From Callorhinchus milii (Eukaryota), in the NCBI RefSeq assembly GCF_018977255.1, contig NW_024704743.1:9302001-9366000 (forward strand): 64,000 nucleotides of DNA. Direction: 5' to 3'. Of this stretch, positions 24,755 through 37,762 are shown piece after piece. The notes under the pieces were generated by a model that ran no database searches, had not been told where the DNA came from, and saw only the letters and a list, made by a program, of their open reading frames with translations. The position numbers were made by a program, and so were the translations under genes. The number at the start of each line of letters is the position of its first letter. Position 1 is the stretch's first letter.

Positions 24755-27123
24755 CAGAAAGAAAATTACAGGTTATAATGCCAGCGTGGTACAGAGGATT
24801 TCATTCATAGCCTCATGGATTATTTAAGTAAGGCTCAAGGAGTTTATGGCTTGTAGTCTGATCCTTTATTTGTTTTTTTTATTCTTTGTAATCGAAAGAA
24901 CAATGTGAATGTGAAGTCGCTCGGAGATTAACAGTAACAGTGCTGCAAGTTACTTTAAGGCACCTTCTTCACAGAATTAAAAGCTATTAAATTTCCACAA
25001 AGCTCCTTTGGAGAAAGCACAGGTTGTACTTTATCTACGCTGCAAATTAATGGTATTTTTGCCAGCTTGTATATACCAGTGCCTTCACCATTTATGGGAA
25101 GTAGTTTTTTTTCTTAATTGACAACTGACACATAGAAAGGAGACTTTGCTCTGTCGCAATGATGTCAGAATTTATATGTGAGGCACCTGGGTAAGTTATA
25201 TTCTGAAAGAAACTAAATTAAATTGATGACTTTTTTTCCAATAAGCACACGAAGAACTGGTTGTAAGTCGTAAGGTTAAAAAAGGCCAGCATTACCATGG
25301 ATCAGACGGATCAAAATGATTGAATACAATTCTGAACCTGACCACCTTGCCCTCCTCAAGGTTAAGGCTATGTATCACGGCAACAAAGAGAAACCATTGG
25401 AGTCTATCATAGGCTGATCACTTAAAATCAATGATATTTTCCCCAGACTTTTATACTGGGATTGTCCCTTTATGCAGAAAACTGCCAGGTTCATACAATC
25501 CCAACCAGTGTTATAATGGGGCATGATTACTAGTCAGTGCTTCAAACACTTCACTGTGTATGTGCGCAGAAAGCCCATGCACCACAAAGCGCCGGCTGGC
25601 TTTTACCCCCTAAAAGATAGCCATCATCTGGGTCATCGGGTCACCACTGATGTCACCTCTTGTGCGATGCGCATCTGTAGAGTGCATGTAGGTGGTAAAA
25701 TGATGACCCACAAGCTGGCCATTTTGTAGTGTACAGGAAGTCCAAATGGGCAATTTCCAAATCATCAGACCACTACCGTCCCTTCCTGCATGTACTCAAG
25801 CATATTAAGGACTACCGACATCCTAGAATTCTTTCAATTTTTNAAGCAGGCGAAAAGCCGGCTGATGTTTTGAAATTAGCTCGCTGGCTTTCTGCCCTCA
25901 TTTTGGATATTTTGTTAAGTAGATGTCAGGGTTCACGTCCCAATCGGGCTATAAGCAGAACCCACATTAAAATCAAATACACTGTAATGGGGTCTCACTG
26001 TAGTTCCTTTGAAATATTTCTATGAAATCGTGTTCCACTATCTTCAGGCTGAGGGCTGGTGTGATAAGATTTTTAGCAAATTGGAGAATCAAAAGTCAAC
26101 AAATTGATCTTACTATGTATATATGCATCACTAAAATAGCAATAAATATTAAATTACACAGAGAAATATTTTAACTATGAATGAGCCTGGTTAATATCTT
26201 TTGGTAATTTCACACATGGTAACTCTTCAATAATGTTTCGACCATCACTGCCAATAAGACCATCTAACACCCTTCTCTCTTTCCCTCCAACGCAGAGTGA
26301 ACTCCCTCCCTCTACACTTCTGTCTTGTTCCCCTCTAACTGCCTTTAAGTCACACTTCAACCATATCCACAGTCACCCCCCGCCCCACACCCTCCCTTGC
26401 TTCGTGCTTCATCTCTGAAGCACTCCAAGATTTTATCCAACATGAAGGGTGCTGGATAACAAGTTGTTGTGTTTCTCACTGACTACAAGGGCCACGCTCT
26501 TTCTGTGTAAATTGAATCACACTCCCATAGGTTTTCTTTTTCAAAAACACAGTATTTCTCCAACCCATTTTCTCCCATCCCCTCTTCCCACGATGGCATG
26601 AATTCCTTGCTGGGGTTTGGTTTCACGATCACCTAACTGAATCTTCAAAGTCGCTTCCTGACATCCAGACACGAGCAGGAGAGGTAACTCTGGTGATTTT
26701 CCCACCTCCCTGAACTGGAGCTTGGAGAACAAATGTAATAATAATAATCCTTATACAGTAAAACTCATTCAGTTTCCTACCAAAAACACTTAGATTTCTT
26801 TACACAACTTGTATTACGCAACTCCTAACTGGTAACGCCGCTCCCCTTCCCTCTATTACTCCCATGCTTACCGGAAGCCTTGAAACTTGGGAAATGACGC
26901 CCTGACCTGTCGATCCAGGTGCACTTACATTGAATCCCAGGAAACATCGTCTTCATCTGTCGACACAGAACTTAATTTCCCGCGATTCAATGCGATTCCA
27001 AAGTTTGCTGGTACAACAACAACAACAACAAGATTCCATTTATAAAGCGCCTTTCACGTCAGGAGGACGTCCCAAGGCGCTGGTACGTGCGCAAGCAGTG
27101 ACAGGTGAAGACTGATCGAATCA

Positions 27124-27136
27124 TGGGAAATGTAGT
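27124..27136 (-). promoter_or_regulatory. ZNF143/THAP11-type promoter motif (ACTACATTTCCCA)
   Basis: Plus strand TGGGAAATGTAGT = exact ACTACAnnTCCCA on minus; ETS-type CCGGAAG at 26871-26877. Function not shown. Confidence 0.5.
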
Positions 27137-27396
27137 CTTAACCAGTCATTGCAAATGCACTTACCGGCTACAATGACGAATTACTACATGTGCACTTACC
27201 AACTGATTTAAGTTTAGTGTGCACAATGTAGATTATTGATTAAATCAGATTTTCTATGACTTCCACAGTTTGCCTGCATCCAAGACTTCGCGTAAGTCAT
27301 ATTAAATGTTATGGTCCCAACCAATACGACTTATGAGAGTTTTATTGTATTTGATACAGCGCCTTTCATATGTAGGATGTATATATGGAGGATGTA

Positions 27397-27503
27397 CAGG
27401 GTGACCAAAAAGTCATGATACCATTACAATGTCTAATAAGTCTTTAAAAAAAAAAGTTTTTTTTGAATAATAGGGTGGTTATCATGACTTTTTGGTCATT
27501 TTG
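27397..27503. mobile_element. Tc1/mariner-type MITE (107 bp)
   Basis: TA|CAGGGTGACCAAAAAGTCATGATA...TATCATGACTTTTTGGTCATTTTG|TA: 24-bp TIRs with 3 mismatches and TA on both sides. Confidence 0.8.
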
Positions 27504-28289
27504 TATGTGACTTAACTTGGCATCTTCCTGGTCTGTATAGCTCATTGCATTGTTGGAACTGTCGAATGAGCCACAGGGGCTAAAGCTCAGTTTCTCAATG
27601 TTTCAAATTAAATTTCACATAGGTTTTATGAGCAGAAAATGCAGTTGACTTTCGCTCGACTCATTTGTCTTCGCTTCCACTTTTGGTGAAAAATATCATA
27701 CACAGTCCTAATCTCATTTCAGCTGCCTGATCCTGTGAAAAGCCAAAGAATGCATTCAGAGCCGAGTGTCACTAAGGTAACAGATGTGGAAAAAATAGCT
27801 GCAATATGAGCAATTTTGTTTTTCCGTTAACAAGTCATTTTTTTCCCCCAGGTTTTTTATTACGTGTAGATGCAGCCAAACTCCAGAGTAAATACAGAGA
27901 GTGAAACTCCTGTAATAAAGGCTATAAGCCATGCAATCCTGACAGTTTCAGCCCATTTTTCCTGTGTTTGAGCCTCAACAATCACACAGGACACAAGCAG
28001 ATCTCATGGGTTCAGGACTCAGACCTACCGATGGCAGACTTACTGACAGCAATCTGAGATGGGCAATCACACGGTTCCTCAGCGATCAGGATAGCCAGCC
28101 CAAGTACTGTCCAAATAGCAAAATAAACCCAGCAAAACAGGATTTCCGCTTCAAAGCTCCATTGCACCTACACGGCACTGAAATAGATTTGCATCGGAGA
28201 TACCAAACTTCCTTCCACCATCTTCGCCTCTAATTAATGAATATTTCTATTTTAAAGGACACTGTACGTAAAGAGACACTGGATTCTTA

Positions 28290-28600
28290 TTGCCCAACCC
28301 ACTACCGGCTGCCTTCGCTTAACGGGCTCTAGCCTCCTGCTTGTCCCTCGGGCACTCAGTTCCATCTTTGGTGGCTGCGCTTTCGGCCACTACGCCCTGA
28401 AATTCTGGAACACTATTTCTCTATCTGTCTGCCTTGCCCCCTCCTTCCCTATCTTCAGGTCGCGCCTGAAGACCATCCTCTGCGACCGTGCCTACGGTCA
28501 TCTCCCCCTCCCCCAGGTCGGTGTCATGCTCCATCACTGTCAAGCACTCTGGAGCTCTACCCTCCATTAGGGGCACCATATAAACGCAAGTTGTTGTTAA
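28290..28600 (+). mobile_element. L2 3' fragment
   Basis: ctttggtggctgcgctttcggccactacgccctgaaattctggaac...atataaacgcaagttgttgtt. Confidence 0.8.
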
Positions 28601-30069
28601 TGTCTCTATTATCGCCTTGGCTGAGATCAGCCTACTCAGCGCACAAATCAAGATTTGAACCTGCGATGGCCTGGTGTGTGCAGTGATGGCTTTTACCACT
28701 GGACCATTGGGGAAGGTGGTTTTCTTCTTTTACATTTTAAACTAACTGTCAATCGATCACTAGTTTTAAAAAAGCGTGTGATGGAAAATAATTGCAACAT
28801 GCTTTAAAGAATAACTTGCACAAATAATCTGCAGCAAACACATTTTTAAAAAAAAAAGTGTCTCAAGTCTTTAAAGTATAACTAGACTCCGAATGGCTGT
28901 CAGATTTAGTTAATCCTTTGACTGACGCTATCTGCATACCCACATCAGACTATACATGGGTGAAATAGCATTCTTTACCGCAGAATGAGAAATCAGCTTC
29001 ATTTCTTGTGCAGTTGCACAGGATTTCATTAAATCGATATACAGATCACTCAAACAGCCACTGCAGTAATCTGCTCACGTCTGCTGGCAACTTTTCCTAA
29101 ATGTTCAAGGGCAAATTTTGTAGCTCGGTGACAAAATGCAAAGCAGAACTGGAAAGTTCAAATGTAAGAGGAAGATGGGGGCACTACACTAGGGCAGCTG
29201 AAGAGACCACACTCTGAGAGCAACAGAAACACATGAGAAAATGTGGAATGACAAAGGCTCATTCGCACCATCAAACTCCACACCATCAAATCCTTCCACA
29301 TGCCACACAAGACCTCCACAATTGTGGGAGAAAGACACGGAACAGACACTTCCCCAATCTCCAGGGTAAATCAACAAAGAGGAAACAGAATGTTTATCCA
29401 CCAGTCAAATCCAGCCTGTTTAACCACAGACTTTCTCCATCCCCAGTCAACCACAACCCATTGTGTCCCATTGAGTAATATGTTTGTCTCAATCTGCACC
29501 TATTCCTCTGACCATCGATATTATCCAGCAGCATTATTCCGAGACAGATACATACCCAGTTCATTTTTAAAGTATTAATCGGTGCAGCATTGATGTTGGG
29601 TGTATATCCCACGTGTCACCAAGCTATGATAAAAACATTTCTCAACCTTGAGGATTATTTAAAGTCTTTTAACAAAGTTGCATATTGTCTTATATCTGGG
29701 TTTTGTTGGTAAAGAGTCAATAGAAGAAGCACACTAAGTCCTGCTTGAAATATTTCCCATTGCTGATAGTTTTATCCACTATTTTTTCTGTTCAGTCTAT
29801 CCATTTCACTCTTTCATTCCTATGATACTTGCTATTTTTACAGTCCCATGCCCTGAATTGGCCCTTTACATTTTGATAGTGAATCCCACTTCGCACCACC
29901 CCCCCCCCCGCACCCTCCACCCCACACATACACAGCCTCACATCTCTGCACCTCTATCTCCAGTGTCCTGGTCAACAATCTCTCTAAAACCGGTCATTCA
30001 TTTTATGGCTGTTTGTGAGACATTGTATTGCCTTGGGACGTCCTTCAGGCATAAAATGCAATATACTAC

Positions 30070-30276
30070 TAATAATAATAATAATCCTTGCATTTGATAT
30101 AGCGTTTTTCACGTCGGGAGGACGTCCCAAAGCGCTTCACAGAACACACTGTAAAGTGAATTGACTGTATATTTGTGGGCGAACGCGGCAGCCAATTGCG
30201 CACAGCAATGTCCCACAAACATTGAAAATGACCAATTTATTATTGTTTTGGGTTTTGGAGGGATTATTATTAGCCG
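30070..30276 (-). mobile_element. tRNA-SINE family A, young subfamily, 5'-truncated
   Basis: Near-identical to 37440-37650 and 55663-55860, with CpGs retained. Confidence 0.88.
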
Positions 30277-30429
30277 TATTAATTAATTATTAATTAATAA
30301 TTATTAATTAACTTCTTGTTTCTGTGAACAAACTGGCTATATCATTAACCTACAAAATACACGTTCACTGCAATCCACAGTAAATAACGCTAAGGTCTTT
30401 AAGACATTTTGACAATGACAATGAGAGAA

Positions 30430-30731
30430 GGCGGTTAGAGCACTCGCCTTGCAAGCGAGACACCTGGATTCAATTCCAGGCAGGGCGAAACTTTGGGCAA
30501 GTTTCCTTACTCCACATGCCGAATAATCATCCCTCCAAAACAAAACAATAATAAAATTGGTGATTTTCAATCCACGACTGTTTGTGGGGCACTGCTGGCT
30601 GTCGCGTTTCGCCTACAAATATACAGTCAATTCACTTTACAGCTTATTCTGTGAAGCGTTTTGAGACATCTAGAAGACGTGAAAAGCGCTATATCAAATG
30701 CAAGGATTACTATTATTATTATATTATTATA
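30430..30731 (+). mobile_element. tRNA-SINE family A
   Basis: ggttagagcactcgccttgcaagcgagacacctggattcaattcc...gcaaggattactattatt. Confidence 0.88.
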
Positions 30732-30799
30732 TTCACTGAGTCCAACCTAACCTATAAGGCATGAGAGATGACTATAATAATAATCCTTGCATTTGATAT

Positions 30800-31331
30800 A
30801 CAACAACAACTTGCACTTATACATAGTCCTCCACACAGGGTAGCGTCTCAGAGTGCACAACAGTGGTGGAGCCTGACTCTGAGCCGGGCGAGTGAAAAAA
30901 GGTTTTCAGGCGGGACTTGAAAAAGGGGAGAGAGAGAGCACGGTGGAGGGATTGAGCGAGAGCGTTCCACAGTTTCAGGACGTACGATGTCAAATGGTGG
31001 AGTGGAGGGTGCGAGGGACGTGCAGGAAGCCAGTGCCAGTCGAGCGGAGGCACATGGTGGTGGATTGCAAAGTGAAGAGGTCGGAGAGGTAGGTAGGTGC
31101 CAGGGATTCAATGGATTTGAACACAGTGTGAGGATCTTGAAGTCGATCCATTTGGTGATGGGGAGCTAGTGGAGCCTGGCCAGACTTGGTGAGATGGGGT
31201 ACGGAATTTGGTCCAGGTAAATATGTGGGCAACAAAGTTCTGAATGAGCTGGATCTTTTGAAAAGTGGAGCTGGGGTGACCGGCGAAGAGTGCGTTTGAG
31301 TAATCCAGGTGAGAGGTGACAAACTCTTCCA
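30800..31331 (-). mobile_element. L2 3' fragment inserted into a SINE tail
   Basis: FVTSHLDYSNALFAG...FKSI.SLAPTYLSDL; flanked by TGATAT at 30794-30799 and 31332-31337. Confidence 0.85.
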
Positions 31332-31655
31332 TGATATTGCACCTTATCACATCTTCAAAACGTCTCAAAGCGCTTCACAAAATCTACTGCAGAGTGAATT
31401 AATTGTATATTTTGTGGGCAAAATGTGGCAGCCAATTGCACACAGCAGTGTCCCACAAAGAGTTGTGTTTTTTTTGAAGGAATTATTACCCACGGAAAAG
31501 CAATCCGCTAATCAACAAACAACTGGGTTCCTACTTTCTACTCGGTAAACAGAGGCTTGTGGAGTAAGGAAACTTGCCCATCATTTCGCCCTGCCAGGAA
31601 TCGAACCCAGGTCTCTCGCTTGCAAGGCGAGTGCTCTAACCACTGAGCTACTAGA
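31332..31655 (-). mobile_element. tRNA-SINE family A (its distal tail is displaced to 30775-30799)
   Basis: Head gaatcgaacccaggtctctcgcttgcaaggcgagtgctctaaccactgagcta. Confidence 0.88.
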
Positions 31656-32949
31656 TTTCACAATGCCCATGGTACACAACACAGTCGACATACTGTAGAT
31701 GGATTGGGTTTGAAGTGTTCAGTAATTCTTTGGAGAGTTTTGGAAAACCAATTCTAGTTGGGATTTACTGATGGACTTGGACCAGCTCCAACTGTGGTAC
31801 AGAAACCTCAACCTTATATTATTTTGAGCTGCTTGACTCTCCACACCAAACCAATGTGCTTTCTGTGCACGTCCATCTGCATTAATTGAATATTTTACAT
31901 CTATTTCCTTTTGAAATATTACACATACATTGCATACTTCACACAGCGTGTAAATGATAGATGATATGGGTGATTAAAAGGCTGGGATTCAGTTACTTGT
32001 GAACCTGGCAGGCTTCACACTTTTGGTCGGTGTTATTTTCTGAACCCTTTGACCATGTTACAGGTAGCTTTGTATCTCACTCCTTCAAAGCTTGTACAGG
32101 ATTGTGGTTCGAGTCTTAACATGCAAACTCATTTACATTATTCCTCTTTAAACAATTACAAAAGTGCGATTTGTAACACTTTATGCTTGATTAAGTGAAA
32201 ACAACCATAATATGCGTGTGCTTTTACACAACTCTGGATAGAATATTTGCATAAGGCGGTCAGCTGACAATCAGTGAGGCTGAAGCTGCTAAACTATGCA
32301 GTTTATTCATACATTATTTAGTATTAAGACTCCCATTCATTCATTAGGAAGCATCTGTTTGAGATAGCTGCTGGCTACTGCTCACCAAAGGGAAGCCAGC
32401 CAATCCCAAACTTTGTTCACAGTGTAGTTGAAGGAACTGTATTCCTGTATTCCTAGTGCCACAAAACAAACCAACATTGAACACTTTCTGACAGACTGTC
32501 AGTCAGCAAGTGTACGTGGATAGTTGGAACAGCTCATACAGAACTTGAGTGGTGTTAGGCTTCTTGTAATGGTTGCAAGAGTGATGACACACAGATGTCT
32601 GGGCCTTGCATTAATAGAATACTTCTTCCAGCCTCCATTTTAAATACATCTCAGTCCCAGACTCCAGAAACCCAAGCTCTACATGCTTTGGAGGAACACA
32701 ATCCACCTCTTCCATGCTGTTTAAGTGCTCCGAGATCCTATCCTGCTCGAAGGACATTATATAAATGCAGGTTGCTGTTGTCGAAAGGTCAGTGAAACAC
32801 AGCACTAAGTACGGGGGTGCGACTCATCCAATTTAGAAAGGAAACAATTTTATTCTGAATTTCAGTGGTTATTTCCATTGTATAACAAAGGAATATTTTT
32901 GCCAATTTATTTGACTAAATAATCTCTCCCTCACTCTTGTGCCCCCTCA

Positions 32950-33177
<228 letters not shown>

Positions 33178-36100
33178 CTATAAAATGCAACATACGGAAG
33201 ATAATGTAACAATATTCCCCCTTTGGCACATAAATTTTCTATTGATTCTCCAGGTGTTGAGATTGTACTCGAAGACTGTAAATGAAACCCTGATTGTTGC
33301 TTTTTTTAAAAATATATTCCCATGGCGTCAGAAATTCTTCACATGGTCACTGCACTTCATAGTGAATCCTGTGAAGCACTTTGAGATGTCCTTGCAACAT
33401 AAAAGATGCCATATTTAACACCAGGATTATTATTATTATTTATTGCTCATGGACAAGGTTGGCATTCCACTACAGTAGTGTGGAAAGTGCTGCATTATCA
33501 GTGCTGCTGTCCTTCAGATGCGATGTCCTGTCTGCGTGTTCTCAGCTGAACACAAAAGATCCTGTGACACTTTTGAAAAAGAGAGCTTCAATCACTACTT
33601 CAACAATCCTTCAGTTAAATTGGTCAATCGTCTCACTGGCTGTGGGATCTTGCATCAGCTGCTGCACTTACATACAAAACATAGTCACTCCACTTGATAG
33701 TAATTACTGTAAAGTGTGTTGAAATGTTTCAATGGGACAAAGCACTCTAAAAGTGCAGATCCTTTGTTGTTACTTAGAAATGCTCATGGTTTGCCTCAGT
33801 GATATTCAGGACAGTGCAACATTTCACTTAGCCCATTCACACACAGGATCTATTTTTTGTGTGGATTCAAACTTTCATGGAAAACACCATCTCCTTACTT
33901 ACTATATAGACATCGTCAACTTCTGATGTCTCAATTTGCTTTCTAGTTTGACTATTTTGAGCAGTAAAACAGGGTGACTGCAATGACATGAATCTACTCA
34001 CTGACTGACTGCGAGACATTTAACTCGTAATTAATTTAAAAATACAGAAGAGGATTGTCTGTGTGACATCTAGCTTTGCTAATGGACAAGATGAGCTGAT
34101 AGAAATGTACTCAAGCAGCATCCCCAGTACACTGGGATCAGGCTGCGATTCTCTTACTTAGCAGCAGCCTTAGAGTCTCGAGTCTCAATTTTGCATGAAA
34201 GGTTTCCATTAAAACTTGTATTGCAATAGTTAATTTGCCGCTGCAATCATATACTGGATCATTTTCTGTTTTACTGCTGTAGTTTTGCTTTTCCCAAAAA
34301 GCAATTCCATGAATTAAATAGAATCCATAATGTGTTTGTTTCTTCGTAAAATACAACTTCTAAGACTCAAGAGTGACCACTTTGAGTTCAAGCTTCCCCA
34401 GCTATTTAAATCTGCACAAAGACTTGGATACAAACTGAGGCAACTCATACTTCATGGCTCTTTGTGGGATGTTGCTGTTCGCAAAATTGGTTGCCGGGTT
34501 TGCTTACAAAAACACTGTCCCTTCTTTTCATAGTAAAATCCTGTGAAGCTCATTGAGACGTTTCAACAACATGTTTAGCGCTGTATCAAATGCAAGGATT
34601 ACTTCTATTTTTGTTCTAATTATGCAAAATTTGGGGACTACCAAAAAGCCATACATGCAATAATAAGATTGCCCACGTATTTATTGTCTGCCTCACTCTT
34701 TGAATGGTGCAAAACCTCCACATAAAATACTCTGCTTCTTCTATAGGCTAAAACAACTGGAACCACATAGATTTATCCTATCTTTAAGGACCTTTAAGTT
34801 TTTTTGTATTCAAGAGGTGGAAAAACCCAGGTATTTTTCGGGGCCTATTATTCTCGTCAAAAAACAGGCGAAAATTTAATGCAAAAAACAAAAGTAAAAT
34901 CGAGGGTTAAAAAAAATCAGGATTCATCTTGGAACATTGAAAACGTCAGGGAAACAAGCCAGGTACTAACAAAACATGTTTTTACAACACAACTGCAAGC
35001 GCCTTCAGTCTCAGACCACAAGCTGGAAATACAAGTGATTCTGGCAACACGAAATTCACAGAATTTACTGTAAAGTTAATTGACTATGTATTCGCCGACA
35101 AAATACAGTCAATTTACTTTACAGTATATTATGTCAAGAGCTTTGAAATGACTTGATAAGGGGCTATATCAAATGCAAGGAATATTATAATGTGTCCTGA
35201 AGCAGATTACATCTGTGCGGAGGGCATATGTGCACGATCACAGAGGTCATTTATGACTGTAACCTGTGCGACAATCGGCAGAACTGTATCTCCTTGGGCA
35301 TCCCAGAAGCTGAAAATAGCCATCAACAGTTGAATAATGTTTTTGAGAAAACTTTTTTTAATTATCACTTTTACCAACCCAAATTCCCCGCGACCAGCTT
35401 TTCATGGTTTTAAAATAAAAAAAGGTTGAAAACTAACATTAAATGTTCCGTAAACATCTTAGTGATGGAATTTTTCCTCATCAGTGTGCACAAAGTCTTG
35501 TTCATGTCAAGCATCGAAGTCACATATCGCCAATCATAGTAGTGATACAAGCTCCTCCTACAACATGTAAATGTGGAATTGCGCATTGAATCACATCATC
35601 TCATTGATTACATGATCAATATTGTAATATATCTGCTGAGGTATATTACAGCAATGACGCAACAGGTCCCACTCATGTCCCAAACTCCCATTTTAACCAG
35701 TAAACTGGTAAGAGTGAAGGACAGTGGTCAACCCCTCCAGTTGGGAATCGTCCTTTGCTAAATCTAGCAAGAGGCAACAAAAACTCCAGAATGTCTCTCT
35801 CACCTAACATTCTACATGATTCACCTGTGACAGTTCCCTGCATCATAAGGTATCCCATTGACGCACCATCATGCACTTGTGTGGGCATCACGGTCACATA
35901 TCCATTGCTGTGCAATGAAAGATAACTTACAAGGTAACCCCCAAAGGTGAAAAGTTCACAAAGAACTCTTAGGCAATTTTCCCACGGGATCATGGAAGCA
36001 TCCACTTGTACATGAAGGTTGAACAAACAAATAAGAATCAAGTTTTCTTTATCCAGTAAGTGGTCATTTCCTCTGCTCAAACCCTGTGAATGTTGCTGGG

Positions 36101-36404
36101 CATGTGAGGAAAGGGTGTGAAGACTTACACATAAACGCTCATTTCAGGAGACAGTTTTGTTTAACAGATCCAATTCCCCCAGAAACAAAATCTGCCAATC
36201 TTTTTCCTAAAGTATTTCCTGACTGATTCTTACAAAGATTGGGTTGTCAGAAAGGATTTGGATGCTCTTACAATGGAATAACCCCTCAATGAACAACTGA
36301 GTGATATCCATTAAAAGATTGTAATAGTGTGTGTCAGCCTGGCTCATTTGGTAGCGATCTCAACTCTGAGTCGGAAAGTTGTGGGTTCAAGCTCCACATC
36401 ATTA

Positions 36405-36720
36405 GGAGTCCTATAGCTCAGTGGTTAGAACACTCGCCTCGCAAGTGAGAGACCTGGGTTTGATTCCCAGAAGGGCGAAACCTTGGGCAAGTTTCCTTAC
36501 TCCACACGCCTGATAATAATCCCTCAAGAAAAAAAAACAATAATAATTTGTTCACTCAATCCACAACTCTTTATGGAACACTGCTGTACACAAATGCTGC
36601 TGCATTTCGCCCACAAAATATACAGTCAAATCACTTTACAGTATATTCTGTGAAGCGCTTTTGAGACGTCTTGAAGACGTCATAAGATGCTATATCAAAT
36701 GTAATGATCATTATTATTAT
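36405..36720 (+). mobile_element. tRNA-SINE family A, full length, preceded by a Deu-SINE head (36331-36400)
   Basis: ggagtcctatagctcagtggttagaacactcgcc...ttattattat. Confidence 0.88.
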
Positions 36721-37439
36721 CAGAATATGGTCCTTGAATCTGTACCACACTAAAGGTGACAGTCCCATCTTTGGTTTCTAAAATAAAGGGAGGATGAAGG
36801 GGGAAGTAATCTATCAAGTGCCCAAATCCTACCTCCAACAAGGTGATGGGGGCAAGATGTACCCGCAACTTTCGAACTCAGTGGTGAGAGCGCTACCAAC
36901 TGAGCCAGACTGATACCTGCTCTTATCCTGTTTGTGACACCATTTTGTCTTTGGTCACTTCAATCCATGACTGTTTGTGGGACACTGCTGTGCGCAATTG
37001 GCTGCTGGGTTTCGCCCACACAATATACAGTCAATTCACTTTACAGTATATTCTGTGAAGCGCTTTGAGACATCTCGAAGACGTGATAAGGCGCTATATC
37101 AAATGCAAGGATAAATTAAGCTGAAAGATCTTAAAGGTAATGATACCAGTTAATAGAGGTTCAAGCACTGGCAGCATCCAGAACCTTTGAAAACACGATT
37201 CTTGATTGCCTGTGCAGTCTTCAGAGAAGGTCCTGATGTGCAGCTGTCTAAATAAGGGTAACAACCGAGGTGTCACATGATGAGAAAGCCCACCATGGAC
37301 CTTTATAGTGGGATTCTCGTTACATGACACCACCTTTATGAGCTCTCTGGGCGTTGATGTGAAGCTGAATAGGAAAAGCATGGATTGAAAATGGACTCCA
37401 TCAGGTTTCATCTCCAGTGCTTTGTGAGGGGTTTGCATA

Positions 37440-37762
37440 TAATAATAATAATAATCCTTGCATTTGATATAGCGCTTTTCACGTCGGGGGGACGTCCCAA
37501 AGCGCTTCACAGAACACACTGTAAAGTGAATTGACTGTATATTTGTGGGCGAACGCGGCAGCCAATTGCGCACAGCAATGTCCCACAAACAGTCGTAGAT
37601 TGAAAATGACCAATTTATTATTGTTTTGGGTTTTTGGAGGGATTATTATTAGGCTCTGTGTGGAGTAAGGAAACTTGCCCAAGATTTCGCCCTGCCTGGA
37701 ATTGAACTCAGGTCTCTCACTTGCAAAGCGAGTGCTCGAACCACTGAGCTCCAGGACTCCAC
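37440..37762 (-). mobile_element. tRNA-SINE family A, young full-length copy
   Basis: (aat)n tail through head ccactgagctccaggactccac. Confidence 0.9.

Noticed and set aside
26929..26960. DEDD-encoding stretch before a GTAAGT donor, resembling the start of PARD3 exon 6
   Set aside because: No EPVGHAD motif, only 28 nt between AG and GT, and the wrong phase.
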